Virus record (IMG/VR): IMGVR_UViG_3300045988_180190
Reading direction: 5' to 3' (one strand)
DNA: 64,000 nt
Origin: a virus
In this document: in pieces, positions 37,653-46,977 of the stretch
How positions within the stretch are numbered: position 1 is the stretch's first letter
How the letters are laid out: each line of letters opens with the position of its first letter
Notes under the pieces: model-generated
The model's database searches: none
Seen by the model: the letters and a program-made list of their open reading frames with translations, nothing else
Told to the model about the DNA's origin: nothing
Translations under genes and position numbers: made by a program

Positions 37653-38791
37653 ATATTTAAAAATTTTGTTAATGATTCTTCTGGGTTTATATTTTTGTCA
37701 GTTAGAGATTTAAGTAATTCTGCGCCTTTGATAGTTAGACCTAGACGCATGTTTTGCATGTCATTAAGTTCTTTTTCCACAAAAGCCGGTAATGACAAGA
37801 TATTGTCAGAGGATACTTCTGGTTCATTAGCCACACTCTTTTTGTCCTCCTCTGTGAAAACTACCTTTTTAGTTTTTACAATACTTTGTACTATAACATT
37901 TTCCTTATTATTAATTATCAGTTCATTAATTCTTGAAAGAACATTTGCAACTTCTGGCTTATAATATACAATAACAAAAGCGCGTGTTCCTTTTTGATTT
38001 ACACCGTATCTTGTAAGCGTAGCAATTAGGTTATCAAGGTCTTCTTCCGAACATATTAAATCCGAACGAATACGTACGTAATCGCAGAGAATTTCGATAG
38101 GTTCACAAGTATTAGACTGAGTATCAAATACAAAAAAATATTTTTTTATATCTTCATTTGATTTCGTCATCTCAATAGAACCTGGGGATACGAATGTCAC
38201 GTTATTTAAGACCTTTTTGTCAGTTACATGTGTATCCCCTATTACTACTAACTTTACGTTTGGAAAATGATTGAAGTCAAAATCTTCTTCTATACTCCAA
38301 TATTGCGTAGTTTTATCATTATACTGCACAAACTCTTTACATCTTGTATGCATCACAATTACGGTTACATTTGACGGGAGAGACGCCAACTGCTCCTGTA
38401 TTTCTTTTCTGGTATATGCAGTTATTCCAGCTACAACTTCTTCTCCTACAAGCCTAACTTGAGGATTTGACAAATCAATAAAACCTCCGGCATCTTCAGG
38501 GCGCCGAGTTATATTAAGCCAATGTTCCGGAGTATCGTCATGATTTCCAGGAATATAAAATGCGGACAGGTTGTGATTGCATAGCTTTAGATGCAAATCT
38601 TTAACAATACCCATTGCTTTTTCCGATGGGGTGCAGCTATCCAAAACATCTCCGGCTAATAAAATATCATACCCAGCCCCAATTGCAAAATCTACAATAA
38701 AATTTGCGGCTTTATAGATATCGGATTCACGTCTAGGATCCCCATATTGTTGCAGGCTCAAGTGCCAATCAGCGGTTACAATAAATTTCAT
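37649..38791 (-). CDS. sbcD: SbcD/Mre11-like (gp47-type) nuclease
   Basis: Metallophosphoesterase motifs TADWHL, LAGDVLD, IPGNHD, VIVMHT, VIGDTHV. Confidence 0.9.
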   Translation of the reverse strand: MKFIVTADWHLSLQQYGDPRRESDIYKAANFIVDFAIGAGYDILLAGDVLDSCTPSEKAMGIVKDLHLKLCNHNLSAFYIPGNHDDTPEHWLNITRRPEDAGGFIDLSNPQVRLVGEEVVAGITAYTRKEIQEQLASLPSNVTVIVMHTRCKEFVQYNDKTTQYWSIEEDFDFNHFPNVKLVVIGDTHVTDKKVLNNVTFVSPGSIEMTKSNEDIKKYFFVFDTQSNTCEPIEILCDYVRIRSDLICSEEDLDNLIATLTRYGVNQKGTRAFVIVYYKPEVANVLSRINELIINNKENVIVQSIVKTKKVVFTEEDKKSVANEPEVSSDNILSLPAFVEKELNDMQNMRLGLTIKGAELLKSLTDKNINPEESLTKFLNI

Positions 38792-38795
38792 GTGT

Positions 38796-38828
38796 TTAAA
38801 AAAGTTAACCCTCCTTTTGGGAGGGTGG
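38796..38828 (-). terminator. terminator-like hairpin
   Basis: Minus strand reads CCCTCCcaaaaGGAGGGttaactttttt, downstream of the 38854..39504 gene. Confidence 0.5.
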
Positions 38829-38853
38829 TTAAAATTTAGTTTGGTTTAAATAT

Positions 38854-39504
38854 TTATCTTATGATAGGTTTTCTATTACTATTGTTTAGTACTGTACCAG
38901 TAGAGGTTTGTGGACTAGGAGTGGGGGGTTTAGGGGGTGGTACCTCTGATATTTGTGTTTCCACAAGTTCAGCTTTTGGATCTTCCTCTTCTCCGTCATC
39001 CAGCTGATATTCTTCGGGTACTTCTTGCCCATGTACGTCGTCTTCCACATCCTCCATCTCGACAATCAAGTTAGTTTCCTCACTTACTATAGGCTTAACA
39101 AGTATCTTTTGAGATCCTCCACTTCCTTGATCTAGCTCTAGTATAGCTTGGTCATCTTTAAGAGTATCAACTAGTGTCTTATGCTCCACAAATTTGTTTG
39201 TTGCATACATTTCGTCAGCTTTGGATAAGAAAAACTCCCTCACCATTCTTTCAAAAGTATCAACACCAAGCATCCGAACGATTCCTTCTACCGTTTTCGC
39301 TCCGTCTTTCACAAACATAGGTTCCAATATTGATGGAAGCGGAATACTTTGATCTACGGAAACTACGGGGTGCGAATTCTCATAACGCAAACCTAGATGA
39401 ATTTCCAAGACTAAGTTTCTAGATTTCATTAGTATTTCGCTGGATTTGTTTGGAGCTGTCTGCTTTAATTGTGGGGCTTCCTCTTCTGTATTTTTCTGTA
39501 TCAT
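38854..39504 (-). CDS. hypothetical protein with acidic and Pro-rich C-terminus
   Basis: ATG start, 216 aa. Confidence 0.55.
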   Translation of the reverse strand: MIQKNTEEEAPQLKQTAPNKSSEILMKSRNLVLEIHLGLRYENSHPVVSVDQSIPLPSILEPMFVKDGAKTVEGIVRMLGVDTFERMVREFFLSKADEMYATNKFVEHKTLVDTLKDDQAILELDQGSGGSQKILVKPIVSEETNLIVEMEDVEDDVHGQEVPEEYQLDDGEEEDPKAELVETQISEVPPPKPPTPSPQTSTGTVLNNSNRKPIIR

Positions 39505-39638
39505 ATTTACGATAGATATCTCTTAGTCTAGCTCTAGAGTAGACATTAGGATTACATTCTTTAGATATGGCTTTTGCCTGTTCTAAGAAATAAGTACTGG
39601 ATAAACTTTGTTTTCTCATCTCATATTTTTAAAAATCG

Positions 39639-39722
39639 TACCCAAAGAGGGACTCGAACCCTCACGCTCATACGAGCATCAGATTTTAAGTCTGATGTGG
39701 CTACCTATTACACCATTTGGGC
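39639..39722 (-). tRNA. tRNA-Leu (TAA), type II with long variable arm
   Basis: Acceptor gcccaaa/tttgggt, anticodon stem-loop tcaga-ctTAAaa-tctga, variable arm tgctcgtatgagcgt, T arm gaggg-ttcgagt-ccctc. Confidence 0.9.
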
Positions 39723-39735
39723 ATTAAAGTTAAAA

Positions 39736-39806
39736 TAGTTGCACCAGGACTTGAACCTAGACCAAAAGAACCAAAATCTTTTGTGCTGCCATTACACTAT
39801 GCAACT
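39736..39806 (-). tRNA. tRNA-Gln (TTG)
   Basis: Acceptor agttgca/tgcaact, anticodon stem-loop aaaga-ttTTGgt-tcttt, T arm ctagg-ttcaagt-cctgg. Confidence 0.9.
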
Positions 39807-39816
39807 ATGGATTGAT

Positions 39817-40092
39817 TCACTCAAAATTAAACGTAAGCTGTGTGCCTACATCTGATTTTGATTTACGTCTATTATTCGTAAAGTCTTTTGGAACTTCAAG
39901 AAAATAATTATTTATAATTATAGTCTGAATCTTTTCTGTTAGTTCTTTTTTATGAGTTATTTGACGTGACTTTGCACGGTTTTCCGAACCTCTTTTTCCT
40001 AAAATACTGCAAGCTTCTGACTCCGTAATCCCGGGATTCTCCAGCATAAATTCTCTTAATCTTTTCCTAAAGGTTGCAACAGTCCATTTCAT
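39817..40092 (-). CDS. small hypothetical protein
   Basis: ATG start, 91 aa. Confidence 0.5.
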   Translation of the reverse strand: MKWTVATFRKRLREFMLENPGITESEACSILGKRGSENRAKSRQITHKKELTEKIQTIIINNYFLEVPKDFTNNRRKSKSDVGTQLTFNFE

Positions 40093-40504
40093 AAGGTTTA
40101 AATTCTTTAAATTGGTTATAGTTTGTTGAGTATAGAATACGTTTAAAGTGAAACATATTTAATACTCGTTGGCAGTTTACACACGGTTTGGCGTTTGCCA
40201 GTAACCCATTGTTGTCTATCCTAATATTAACTAATGTTAATTTATGATAGTCGTTTCTAAATAAAATTTGTTTTATACAGGCAATCTCTGAATGTAAACC
40301 TATGGTATGTGTATACGCAATAGGTTTATATTCATTATACTTGCCAAAAATTTGGTAAGGATGCAACTGTGTATAATCGTTATACCCAATTGCTATTACC
40401 TTACTTCCTCTCAAAGCTACTGTGCAATGAAATGCCCTTCCTGTCTGTAACGCTTCCTTTGCTAGTTTAGCTTTTTTGACAAGCGTTCTTAGAATTGGTT
40501 TCAT
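40067..40504 (-). CDS. cytidine/deoxycytidylate deaminase-like zinc enzyme
   Basis: HSEIACI (H[AS]E) and PCVNCQRVL (PCxxC) at the correct spacing. Confidence 0.75.
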   Translation of the reverse strand: MKPILRTLVKKAKLAKEALQTGRAFHCTVALRGSKVIAIGYNDYTQLHPYQIFGKYNEYKPIAYTHTIGLHSEIACIKQILFRNDYHKLTLVNIRIDNNGLLANAKPCVNCQRVLNMFHFKRILYSTNYNQFKEFKPYEMDCCNL

Positions 40505-42665
40505 GCAAATATTGCTTTCTTACTTCAATAATACTATGGTTAGCGGCATAGTCTTGGCTTTTGGTTTTTAGCCAATTTACAAATAAAACTTCATCTTGGT
40601 CGATAAATGTTTGTTTTAAATTGTTTCTAGCGTAACCTTGCATTATACCTCTGAAACGTTTCCACTTTTTATAGAAATTGGTTTTAAACTTAAACCTAAA
40701 GTTGTTTGCATCCACAAACACAAAGCCTTCGTGTCTTAGTCTCTTTTCGTTTTCCAATTTCGTTAATTCCTTTTCCAAGCTACTCCAATTATCATAGGTC
40801 TTATACAATTCCTTATATGGCATACCCCAAGAATCAGCAAGCTTTACCAGCTCAGGATAAGGTACATACGTTTCAGAAAAATCATTGCTTATAATATCCA
40901 AGAGAACAATCTTTGGGACATCATATTCAATTATATGGGGATCATTCTTAGGATCAATGACTTCGAAAATTAGCGTTACATTATTTTCCTTTGCATACTG
41001 TAGTGCATTTTCACAGAATATATAGCTATAAAACAAAAGCTTAAACCAATCTGCGTGCTCTCCTTTATTTGTTGATTTTGAGGAAATAAATGGTTTTTGC
41101 TTTTCTTTATCCCAACTTACTAATCCCAAGAATCCATTTTCTTTTTTGTAAGCAGTTACAGGAAACACTAAGTTTTTGCTCAAAGCAGCTAATGAGGTCG
41201 TATTGTTCTCTTTGAGGTTAAAAAACTTCTCATAGCTTCTTGCTATGATTTCATCACCTCTGCAGAACAAGCCCCTAGCTTTTACACGCATTGTATCCCA
41301 GGCTTTTGACAGAAACACGTCTCTGCTAAACTTGTAGGATACTATGTCATCTTCAAGCTTCTGTTTTAGTATATGCTTATCATTGTTTAACGATTTAATT
41401 ATTTCATTATTAGATTCCGGGTCATTTAATTGCCTTACTGTAACTGGAGCGGGCTTATGCACAGGGTTTTCAAAACTAAGAATTCTCGTTTTGCATTCCC
41501 CACACACTTCTCTGAGTTCTAGCACTCGCAAGGGTTCTCCATATTCTACCGCTGAGTTCAAGTTAATAACTTGATCCTCTGCATTGGGAACAGTATGTTC
41601 AAGATTCCTATGCCCATGTGCCTGGCATATGAAATCTGGATATCTTGACTTCCAAGCTTCCGCTACTTGCGATACGTCCTCATACTTCCCGACTCCCTTT
41701 ATGTACTCTACAGTCGATAGCTTAAGACTCGGCAGCACAGGAATACCCCCATGGGTTACTAGCCAGGTTTTATCATGATAATTGAAAAACGCTAGTTGAC
41801 CTAGAGACCTGCAGAATTGCCTAATGTCAGATACATCTATAGATTTGATTTGTGGGAGCGTATTGTCCCTAAACTCACTAGATCTAATCTTCTCAAAATC
41901 TTTTGGATCTTTCGAAGAATAATACCTAAGCCAAGCTTCGTGATTGCCTTCCAGACACAATACGTTTTTATTTTTGGAAATCTCTATGAAAAATTCCAAG
42001 GTTTCCTTGTTTTGGATACCCCTATCTATGTAGTCTCCTACAAAGATATATTTATTGTTTTCACTGAAAGGATTTTCCTTGAAGAACGCTTTTATAGGTT
42101 CTACGCAACCATGTATATCTCCAAATATATAGATTTTTTCAGCACTGCTATAATCTATTGGACTGAACCTCGAAATCATATCCAATGCTGCTTCAGGAGA
42201 TACAATGTGATATGCAGACTTCACTTGGTTATTCTCCGAGTTAAATACCGCATACATTTTGCGGATAACATGCTCAGGAACTACTTTATATCCAGTTCTA
42301 CCCGCATTTCTTCTGATGCATTCCTCCTCGGATATGTTCGTAAAATCTACAACAAAGACTCTATACCTATATTTTTCGATTAGATGCTTGTAAGCATTAA
42401 GCAACTCCCGTTTATAATGGGTGGCACCAATGATCACCATGTCACCATTTGACATTCTAAGCTCTAGGGTTTCTTTTAGCAAAGCCCATACCTTACTGTC
42501 CATTCTCTGGCTGATTCCAAGTTCTCCCGATGTATTAAGCACGGGAGAAGACATCATTGTGCGGATATTATCAGCACAAAGCGTATATGGCTCCAGCTCA
42601 TTATTCTTTATCCAAGTTGATTTTCCAGAGCCAGGAGCTCCTCTTAGCAAAAACAATGTACGCAT
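40467..42665 (-). CDS. pnkp: Pnkp-type RNA repair protein: polynucleotide kinase - metallophosphatase - ligase-like adenylyltransferase
   Basis: P-loop LLRGAPGSGKSTW. Calcineurin-type motifs IFGDIHGC, VGDYIDRG, LEGNHE, QAHGHR. The C-terminal domain has a nucleotidyltransferase Lys motif YKKENGFLG. Confidence 0.8.
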   Translation of the reverse strand: MRTLFLLRGAPGSGKSTWIKNNELEPYTLCADNIRTMMSSPVLNTSGELGISQRMDSKVWALLKETLELRMSNGDMVIIGATHYKRELLNAYKHLIEKYRYRVFVVDFTNISEEECIRRNAGRTGYKVVPEHVIRKMYAVFNSENNQVKSAYHIVSPEAALDMISRFSPIDYSSAEKIYIFGDIHGCVEPIKAFFKENPFSENNKYIFVGDYIDRGIQNKETLEFFIEISKNKNVLCLEGNHEAWLRYYSSKDPKDFEKIRSSEFRDNTLPQIKSIDVSDIRQFCRSLGQLAFFNYHDKTWLVTHGGIPVLPSLKLSTVEYIKGVGKYEDVSQVAEAWKSRYPDFICQAHGHRNLEHTVPNAEDQVINLNSAVEYGEPLRVLELREVCGECKTRILSFENPVHKPAPVTVRQLNDPESNNEIIKSLNNDKHILKQKLEDDIVSYKFSRDVFLSKAWDTMRVKARGLFCRGDEIIARSYEKFFNLKENNTTSLAALSKNLVFPVTAYKKENGFLGLVSWDKEKQKPFISSKSTNKGEHADWFKLLFYSYIFCENALQYAKENNVTLIFEVIDPKNDPHIIEYDVPKIVLLDIISNDFSETYVPYPELVKLADSWGMPYKELYKTYDNWSSLEKELTKLENEKRLRHEGFVFVDANNFRFKFKTNFYKKWKRFRGIMQGYARNNLKQTFIDQDEVLFVNWLKTKSQDYAANHSIIEVRKQYLHETNSKNACQKS

Positions 42666-42673
42666 AGTAATAG

Positions 42674-43561
42674 TTATAGTTTTAATATGGTTAATACTAT
42701 ATGAGATTGGTCTGATTCTATTAACCCTATTTTTGTTTCTTCTTTTGGGTCATTAGTAAGCCAATCATATAGTTTTTGAGTGTTTAAGGTAAAGCTTTCT
42801 GGGTCTTCTGCAGGAGGTTTCAACAATCTGGTTGCTGCCTCTTTTTCCCAAGCTTTCATCAATTCCGTTTTAAACTCAGGTAGAGTACCTTTGTACTTGT
42901 GCATTTCCCCTACAAAAGTATTGCAAGGATCAGACAAGTCTGAAATCTGATACACAAATTGAAATAGGCGTCTGTCACTGACAGGGCATTTGTCCATTGC
43001 TTCATAGCTTGATTTACACTCCGCAATACACTCTTCTTCAGACAGAAACCCACAGCAACCATCTACGATATCTCCGGTTTCTAGGTCTTCGATTGTGTAT
43101 TCCCAGATGTCCCCTTCAACATACCTGAAATAACTCGAGACAATTCCTTTGAGTGTTTGTTCTAGGCATCTCAAGTCTATGATCCCAATTTTATCCGCAA
43201 GTGTTTGATCATTGTAATACACAAGGAAGCCTAATAGACCAGAATCAAAATAATCATTGAATGGAGTCCAGGACAATGCTATACCACTGTGCTCATACAT
43301 GTATATAGGCACAAACCTCCATTTAGATTCAGGATTTGCCTCTTCGGATTCCTTCCAATCTACAAACTCCCCAACGTCTTTAAATCTTGAAGGAAGATTC
43401 CAACTCATATCATATCTGCTGTGTGCAGCTTCTATGAAAAACATTGGAAGCTCAGATTCTGCTTCCGTGGGAGGAGTGTCCCACCAACTCCTTGGGTCTT
43501 CTGGTTCTGTATCTGGTCTTACAGAAAGTTTATATCCGTCTTTTGTTATTAAATTAAACAT
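42674..43561 (-). CDS. hypothetical protein
   Basis: 295 aa, ATG start. Confidence 0.6.
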   Translation of the reverse strand: MFNLITKDGYKLSVRPDTEPEDPRSWWDTPPTEAESELPMFFIEAAHSRYDMSWNLPSRFKDVGEFVDWKESEEANPESKWRFVPIYMYEHSGIALSWTPFNDYFDSGLLGFLVYYNDQTLADKIGIIDLRCLEQTLKGIVSSYFRYVEGDIWEYTIEDLETGDIVDGCCGFLSEEECIAECKSSYEAMDKCPVSDRRLFQFVYQISDLSDPCNTFVGEMHKYKGTLPEFKTELMKAWEKEAATRLLKPPAEDPESFTLNTQKLYDWLTNDPKEETKIGLIESDQSHIVLTILKL

Positions 43562-43564
43562 ATT

Positions 43565-43795
43565 TTAAATCTTCGTAGTTGTGCGTTTAATTAATTCTTC
43601 ACATTGTCTTGTGGGCAAATACGCCCATAAGACGACATTATCGATATAAGTATCAATCATGCTATCATAGAATTGCCCTTCATATTCGTCCCAGAGCAAG
43701 ACTTTAAACCCATTAGATGGAGAGTATGTTAGACATTCCTCCCCATCTACGGGGGCTTCAAACAATAGCTGATGAAAGTCTATTGTTGTCTGCAT
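43565..43795 (-). CDS. small hypothetical protein
   Basis: 76 aa, ATG start, tightly packed. Confidence 0.5.
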   Translation of the reverse strand: MQTTIDFHQLLFEAPVDGEECLTYSPSNGFKVLLWDEYEGQFYDSMIDTYIDNVVLWAYLPTRQCEELIKRTTTKI

Positions 43796-43796
43796 T

Positions 43797-44645
43797 TTAT
43801 TCTTTATGGTTATTGATGCGATAATTTTCTATTAGCTGCTTAGTTTCGGTTGCAGCTTTAATCAGACTGTCCAACCAATCAACATGAAATCTTGTTTTAT
43901 GATAGAAATGCCCATCGTCTTCTATCAGTAGCTCCACTATACGTGGGACCTTATGACTTCCAACTACTCTAAAAGCGAAGACATCTTGCAAAGATGTAAA
44001 CTCTTTTCTGTAATCATCTAAGTCATCCGGTTCTGCACCTTCCTTATCCTGAATCCTTAGTGCAGGATTGAAGTTGCTAATCTGGTGATATCTTTGCTCT
44101 TGGCTATATACAAATTTTTGAGCGGGCTTATCCTCAAGTAGTTTCCACATTTGAGAGCATGTCTCTTCAAAATCTTCGTATCTTTCTGCGTCAATTAGAT
44201 CTATCGCTTCTTTATAGGCATCGTAATTGTCCTCATGCGTTTTCTGTGCAGTTGTGTCTAGAGATCCCTTGATCCACAACCATTCGTTTTCAGCTGCCTC
44301 AACCAGCTCTGCTCTCAGTAGCTGATATTCTTCTTTGGAATGTGTCTTTTCCTTACTCATAATATTCTCCTTTTGCGCTTGCGTTTGCGTGGTTATTGTT
44401 TGCTCATTCTGTTCATCTTTATAGATGTCTGATTTGCAAATAGAAATTTTATTTAGTTTAAATGTATCATCACATATGTCATTGTCATACGTGAACTTAT
44501 ATTCTACGTCCGGGGAGGTTTTTCCCTTACGTATAGCTTCACTAAATTTCTTCATTGCCTCCTCTATAGAGTCGGCTTTAACTTTAGCAACGCCCCCTGA
44601 AAACATAAGCGTTGATGCATCAAATGTTATTTTATATGTATTCAT
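43797..44645 (-). CDS. hypothetical protein with N-terminal DpnD/PcfM-like small domain
   Basis: The N-terminus KITFDASTLMFSGGVAKVKADSIEEAMKKFSEAI is paralogous to 44651..44890 and 45550..45765. Confidence 0.5.
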   Translation of the reverse strand: MNTYKITFDASTLMFSGGVAKVKADSIEEAMKKFSEAIRKGKTSPDVEYKFTYDNDICDDTFKLNKISICKSDIYKDEQNEQTITTQTQAQKENIMSKEKTHSKEEYQLLRAELVEAAENEWLWIKGSLDTTAQKTHEDNYDAYKEAIDLIDAERYEDFEETCSQMWKLLEDKPAQKFVYSQEQRYHQISNFNPALRIQDKEGAEPDDLDDYRKEFTSLQDVFAFRVVGSHKVPRIVELLIEDDGHFYHKTRFHVDWLDSLIKAATETKQLIENYRINNHKE

Positions 44646-44650
44646 TGTGT

Positions 44651-44890
44651 TTACTCCTTTATTGTATTATTTTTTTCTATTCTTATTTTGTTTACCTTAT
44701 AGGTATTGGCACAATACTCGGGGTCGCTTGAAAAGTAGGCTTCAACATCTTCATCAACATTGTCGCAATAAATCACTGTCCTAAGCTTTTCCTTAGCTTC
44801 TTTTAACGATTTTGCTCTCACCTGTGCATGTCCTCCAGATAGAATCTTTTCCTCACAGAAAAATTCTAAATTATAAATTTTTGTTTTCAT
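44651..44890 (-). CDS. DpnD/PcfM-like small protein
   Basis: LEFFCEEKILSGGHAQVRAKSLKEAKEKLRTVI ... YKVNKIRIE follows the same pattern as its neighbours. Confidence 0.5.
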   Translation of the reverse strand: MKTKIYNLEFFCEEKILSGGHAQVRAKSLKEAKEKLRTVIYCDNVDEDVEAYFSSDPEYCANTYKVNKIRIEKNNTIKE

Positions 44891-44896
44891 AAATTA

Positions 44897-45253
44897 TTAA
44901 AAATCTGGTAGTTGTACAAATTTAAGGCAAATATATGTCTTTGCTATATAACCGTTTGGAAGCAAATCATATTGATTGCCAGTATATTGCTCAAGTTGCT
45001 TAATGACTTTTAATCCTATTTGTTCGTCAAAAGGAATTTTGCTTTTAGAAAGCAAACTTAATGTTGCCTCAACTGTTTTTACTTTCGTTATGTTTAAAGA
45101 AAAATTGCAAGATTCACAAAGTAGTAAATCTTGCAATTTGTTACGCTTTATGTTTAAGCGTGCTGTATGGATTTCCCATAAGTGTTTTCCGCATTTAGGA
45201 CATCTACAGGATTGCAATAACCGTTCTACAACCTGCAAATCTTTTCTGTTCAT
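44897..45253 (-). CDS. zinc-ribbon protein
   Basis: CPKCGKHLW ... CESCNF. Confidence 0.5.
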   Translation of the reverse strand: MNRKDLQVVERLLQSCRCPKCGKHLWEIHTARLNIKRNKLQDLLLCESCNFSLNITKVKTVEATLSLLSKSKIPFDEQIGLKVIKQLEQYTGNQYDLLPNGYIAKTYICLKFVQLPDF

Positions 45254-45540
45254 ACGTCTAATATATATTCCTTTAAAAAGTTTTGCTGAAATTTGCTTAG
45301 TGGTTTTAGCGCTGTATAATAAGCATACATTTTCTTGTTAGTCCCAAAAAGTTCACACGGAAAAAATACGTCGTATTCATCTTTAATTGTAATTTTTTCT
45401 GCAATATCTCCCATTTTTACAATCATTGGAAGACTTGTGAAGTGTACGTCTTTTTTGTTTTCTGTGTATGATCCATATAAAACAAACAAATCACCTTTGC
45501 GAATTGGAATTCCGTTGCTATGTCGATCTTCTAATTTCAT
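45250..45540 (-). CDS. small hypothetical protein
   Basis: 96 aa, ATG start, 4-nt overlaps. Confidence 0.5.
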   Translation of the reverse strand: MKLEDRHSNGIPIRKGDLFVLYGSYTENKKDVHFTSLPMIVKMGDIAEKITIKDEYDVFFPCELFGTNKKMYAYYTALKPLSKFQQNFLKEYILDV

Positions 45541-45549
45541 CTTTACAGC

Positions 45550-45765
45550 TTAAAGTTTTTCTACGTTGTCTATAGAAAAATCTCCCGTGAGATAATCAGG
45601 ACTGCCATAAAGGTCATCCAACTCTCCATCTTCTTCCATTTTATTCACCTTATCAATAGCCTCCTGAGCTGTGGAAGCTTGAATCTCTATTTGACCATAT
45701 TGTACACTTGATTGCTCAAGTGAGAATCTTACAATAAATGTTGTTTCTTTGTCTTTCTTTTTCAT
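45550..45765 (-). CDS. DpnD/PcfM-like small protein
   Basis: FIVRFSLEQSSVQYGQIEIQASTAQEAIDKVNKMEEDGELDD...FSIDNVEKL. Confidence 0.5.
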   Translation of the reverse strand: MKKKDKETTFIVRFSLEQSSVQYGQIEIQASTAQEAIDKVNKMEEDGELDDLYGSPDYLTGDFSIDNVEKL

Positions 45766-45778
45766 AGCCTAATGTAAG

Positions 45779-46081
45779 TTAAAAACGCAGCCTCACTTCA
45801 AATCCTATATAGTTTTTACTAAAATCAAACTTAGGGTAAACTAATACGTTTAAATTTTGCAAGTTTGATTTATCAAGTTTTTGTTCCACGGCTTCTTTTA
45901 TCTTTGAATAAATGTCAACTACATTTTTATCTTCAAGGTTTCCGTCTTTAGAAAAATAATTTTTACTCGATAAATAGTAGCTACGAGTATCGTTAGGATT
46001 TTTTACAATTGCCTCGCCGACTTGTTCAGCCTCCTTAACAAGTCGCTTAGTGGCAAACATTCGTTTTATAGTTTTTATCAT
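45779..46081 (-). CDS. small hypothetical protein
   Basis: The track start is a TTG. The ATG at 46081 (MIKTIKRMF) overlaps the upstream stop as ATGA. Confidence 0.45.
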   Translation of the reverse strand: MIKTIKRMFATKRLVKEAEQVGEAIVKNPNDTRSYYLSSKNYFSKDGNLEDKNVVDIYSKIKEAVEQKLDKSNLQNLNVLVYPKFDFSKNYIGFEVRLRF

Positions 46082-46974
46082 ATTGAAAATGTGGTGTTTA
46101 ACGATTTTTTTGCAGTTTTTATCTCGGCAAGATTTCTTGGGTTTATATAGCCTAAACAAGACTTAAATAGTTTTGTTTGTCCAATTTTATATTTCCCTAT
46201 CCCGTGAGCATGTCCGCACACCCAAGCATTAGGTTTCATGTCTTTTATCAGATCACTTAAATCTGAAGCATACGCATGATTTATTTCTTTGTAAAACGGA
46301 TTATTATATTTATCCGACAGCAAGTCCGGGCTAGGCAAGTGATGAGTTACAATAACAGTCTTTATATTTTTAGAAAGGGATTTAGTAAAGTAGCAATTTT
46401 GCAGAAAGTCCAATGCTCCATAGTGGAGCTCTATGACTCTTCCAATCGAAATACGGCTATTCTTGTCCCACCAACAATTTATGTAATCATTCATGTAAGT
46501 CATAATTTGACCATATGCCTCATAAGGTATGAATGACCACAGAGTTGTACACATTATATAGGCTATTTTATAATTTAACTTTAGATGAACATCTAACATC
46601 CATGGATCGATAACCTGTATATCTTCACCCTTGCCATAGGCTATGTATACACTTCGATTGTTCAATAGTCTTACGTTGGGTCGAAGACTAACGTCTAAAT
46701 ATTGCCTTTCACCTAGGTAAGGGGAGTCTATACCTCCGTAGTACTCATGGTTTCCTGGAACAATAATAGTATATTTCCAATTTTTAGAAAAATAATCTAA
46801 AAATTCGTCAGCATAATCTTGATAGGTACAAACATTTTCTGTGTGCCTAGTGAGATAAGCCAAATCTCCAGCGATAACTAAGATATCACCAGATGGCTTT
46901 ATTGGGTTTTCTCTAAGGAATTTTCGGTTATCACTGAATTCCAGATGTAAGTCCGATATGTATTGTATTTTCAT
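46078..46974 (-). CDS. calcineurin-like metallophosphoesterase
   Basis: ISDLHLEF, VIAGDLAY, VPGNHEYYG, VTHHLP, VCGHAHG. Confidence 0.8.
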   Translation of the reverse strand: MKIQYISDLHLEFSDNRKFLRENPIKPSGDILVIAGDLAYLTRHTENVCTYQDYADEFLDYFSKNWKYTIIVPGNHEYYGGIDSPYLGERQYLDVSLRPNVRLLNNRSVYIAYGKGEDIQVIDPWMLDVHLKLNYKIAYIMCTTLWSFIPYEAYGQIMTYMNDYINCWWDKNSRISIGRVIELHYGALDFLQNCYFTKSLSKNIKTVIVTHHLPSPDLLSDKYNNPFYKEINHAYASDLSDLIKDMKPNAWVCGHAHGIGKYKIGQTKLFKSCLGYINPRNLAEIKTAKKSLNTTFSI

Positions 46975-46977
46975 TTA

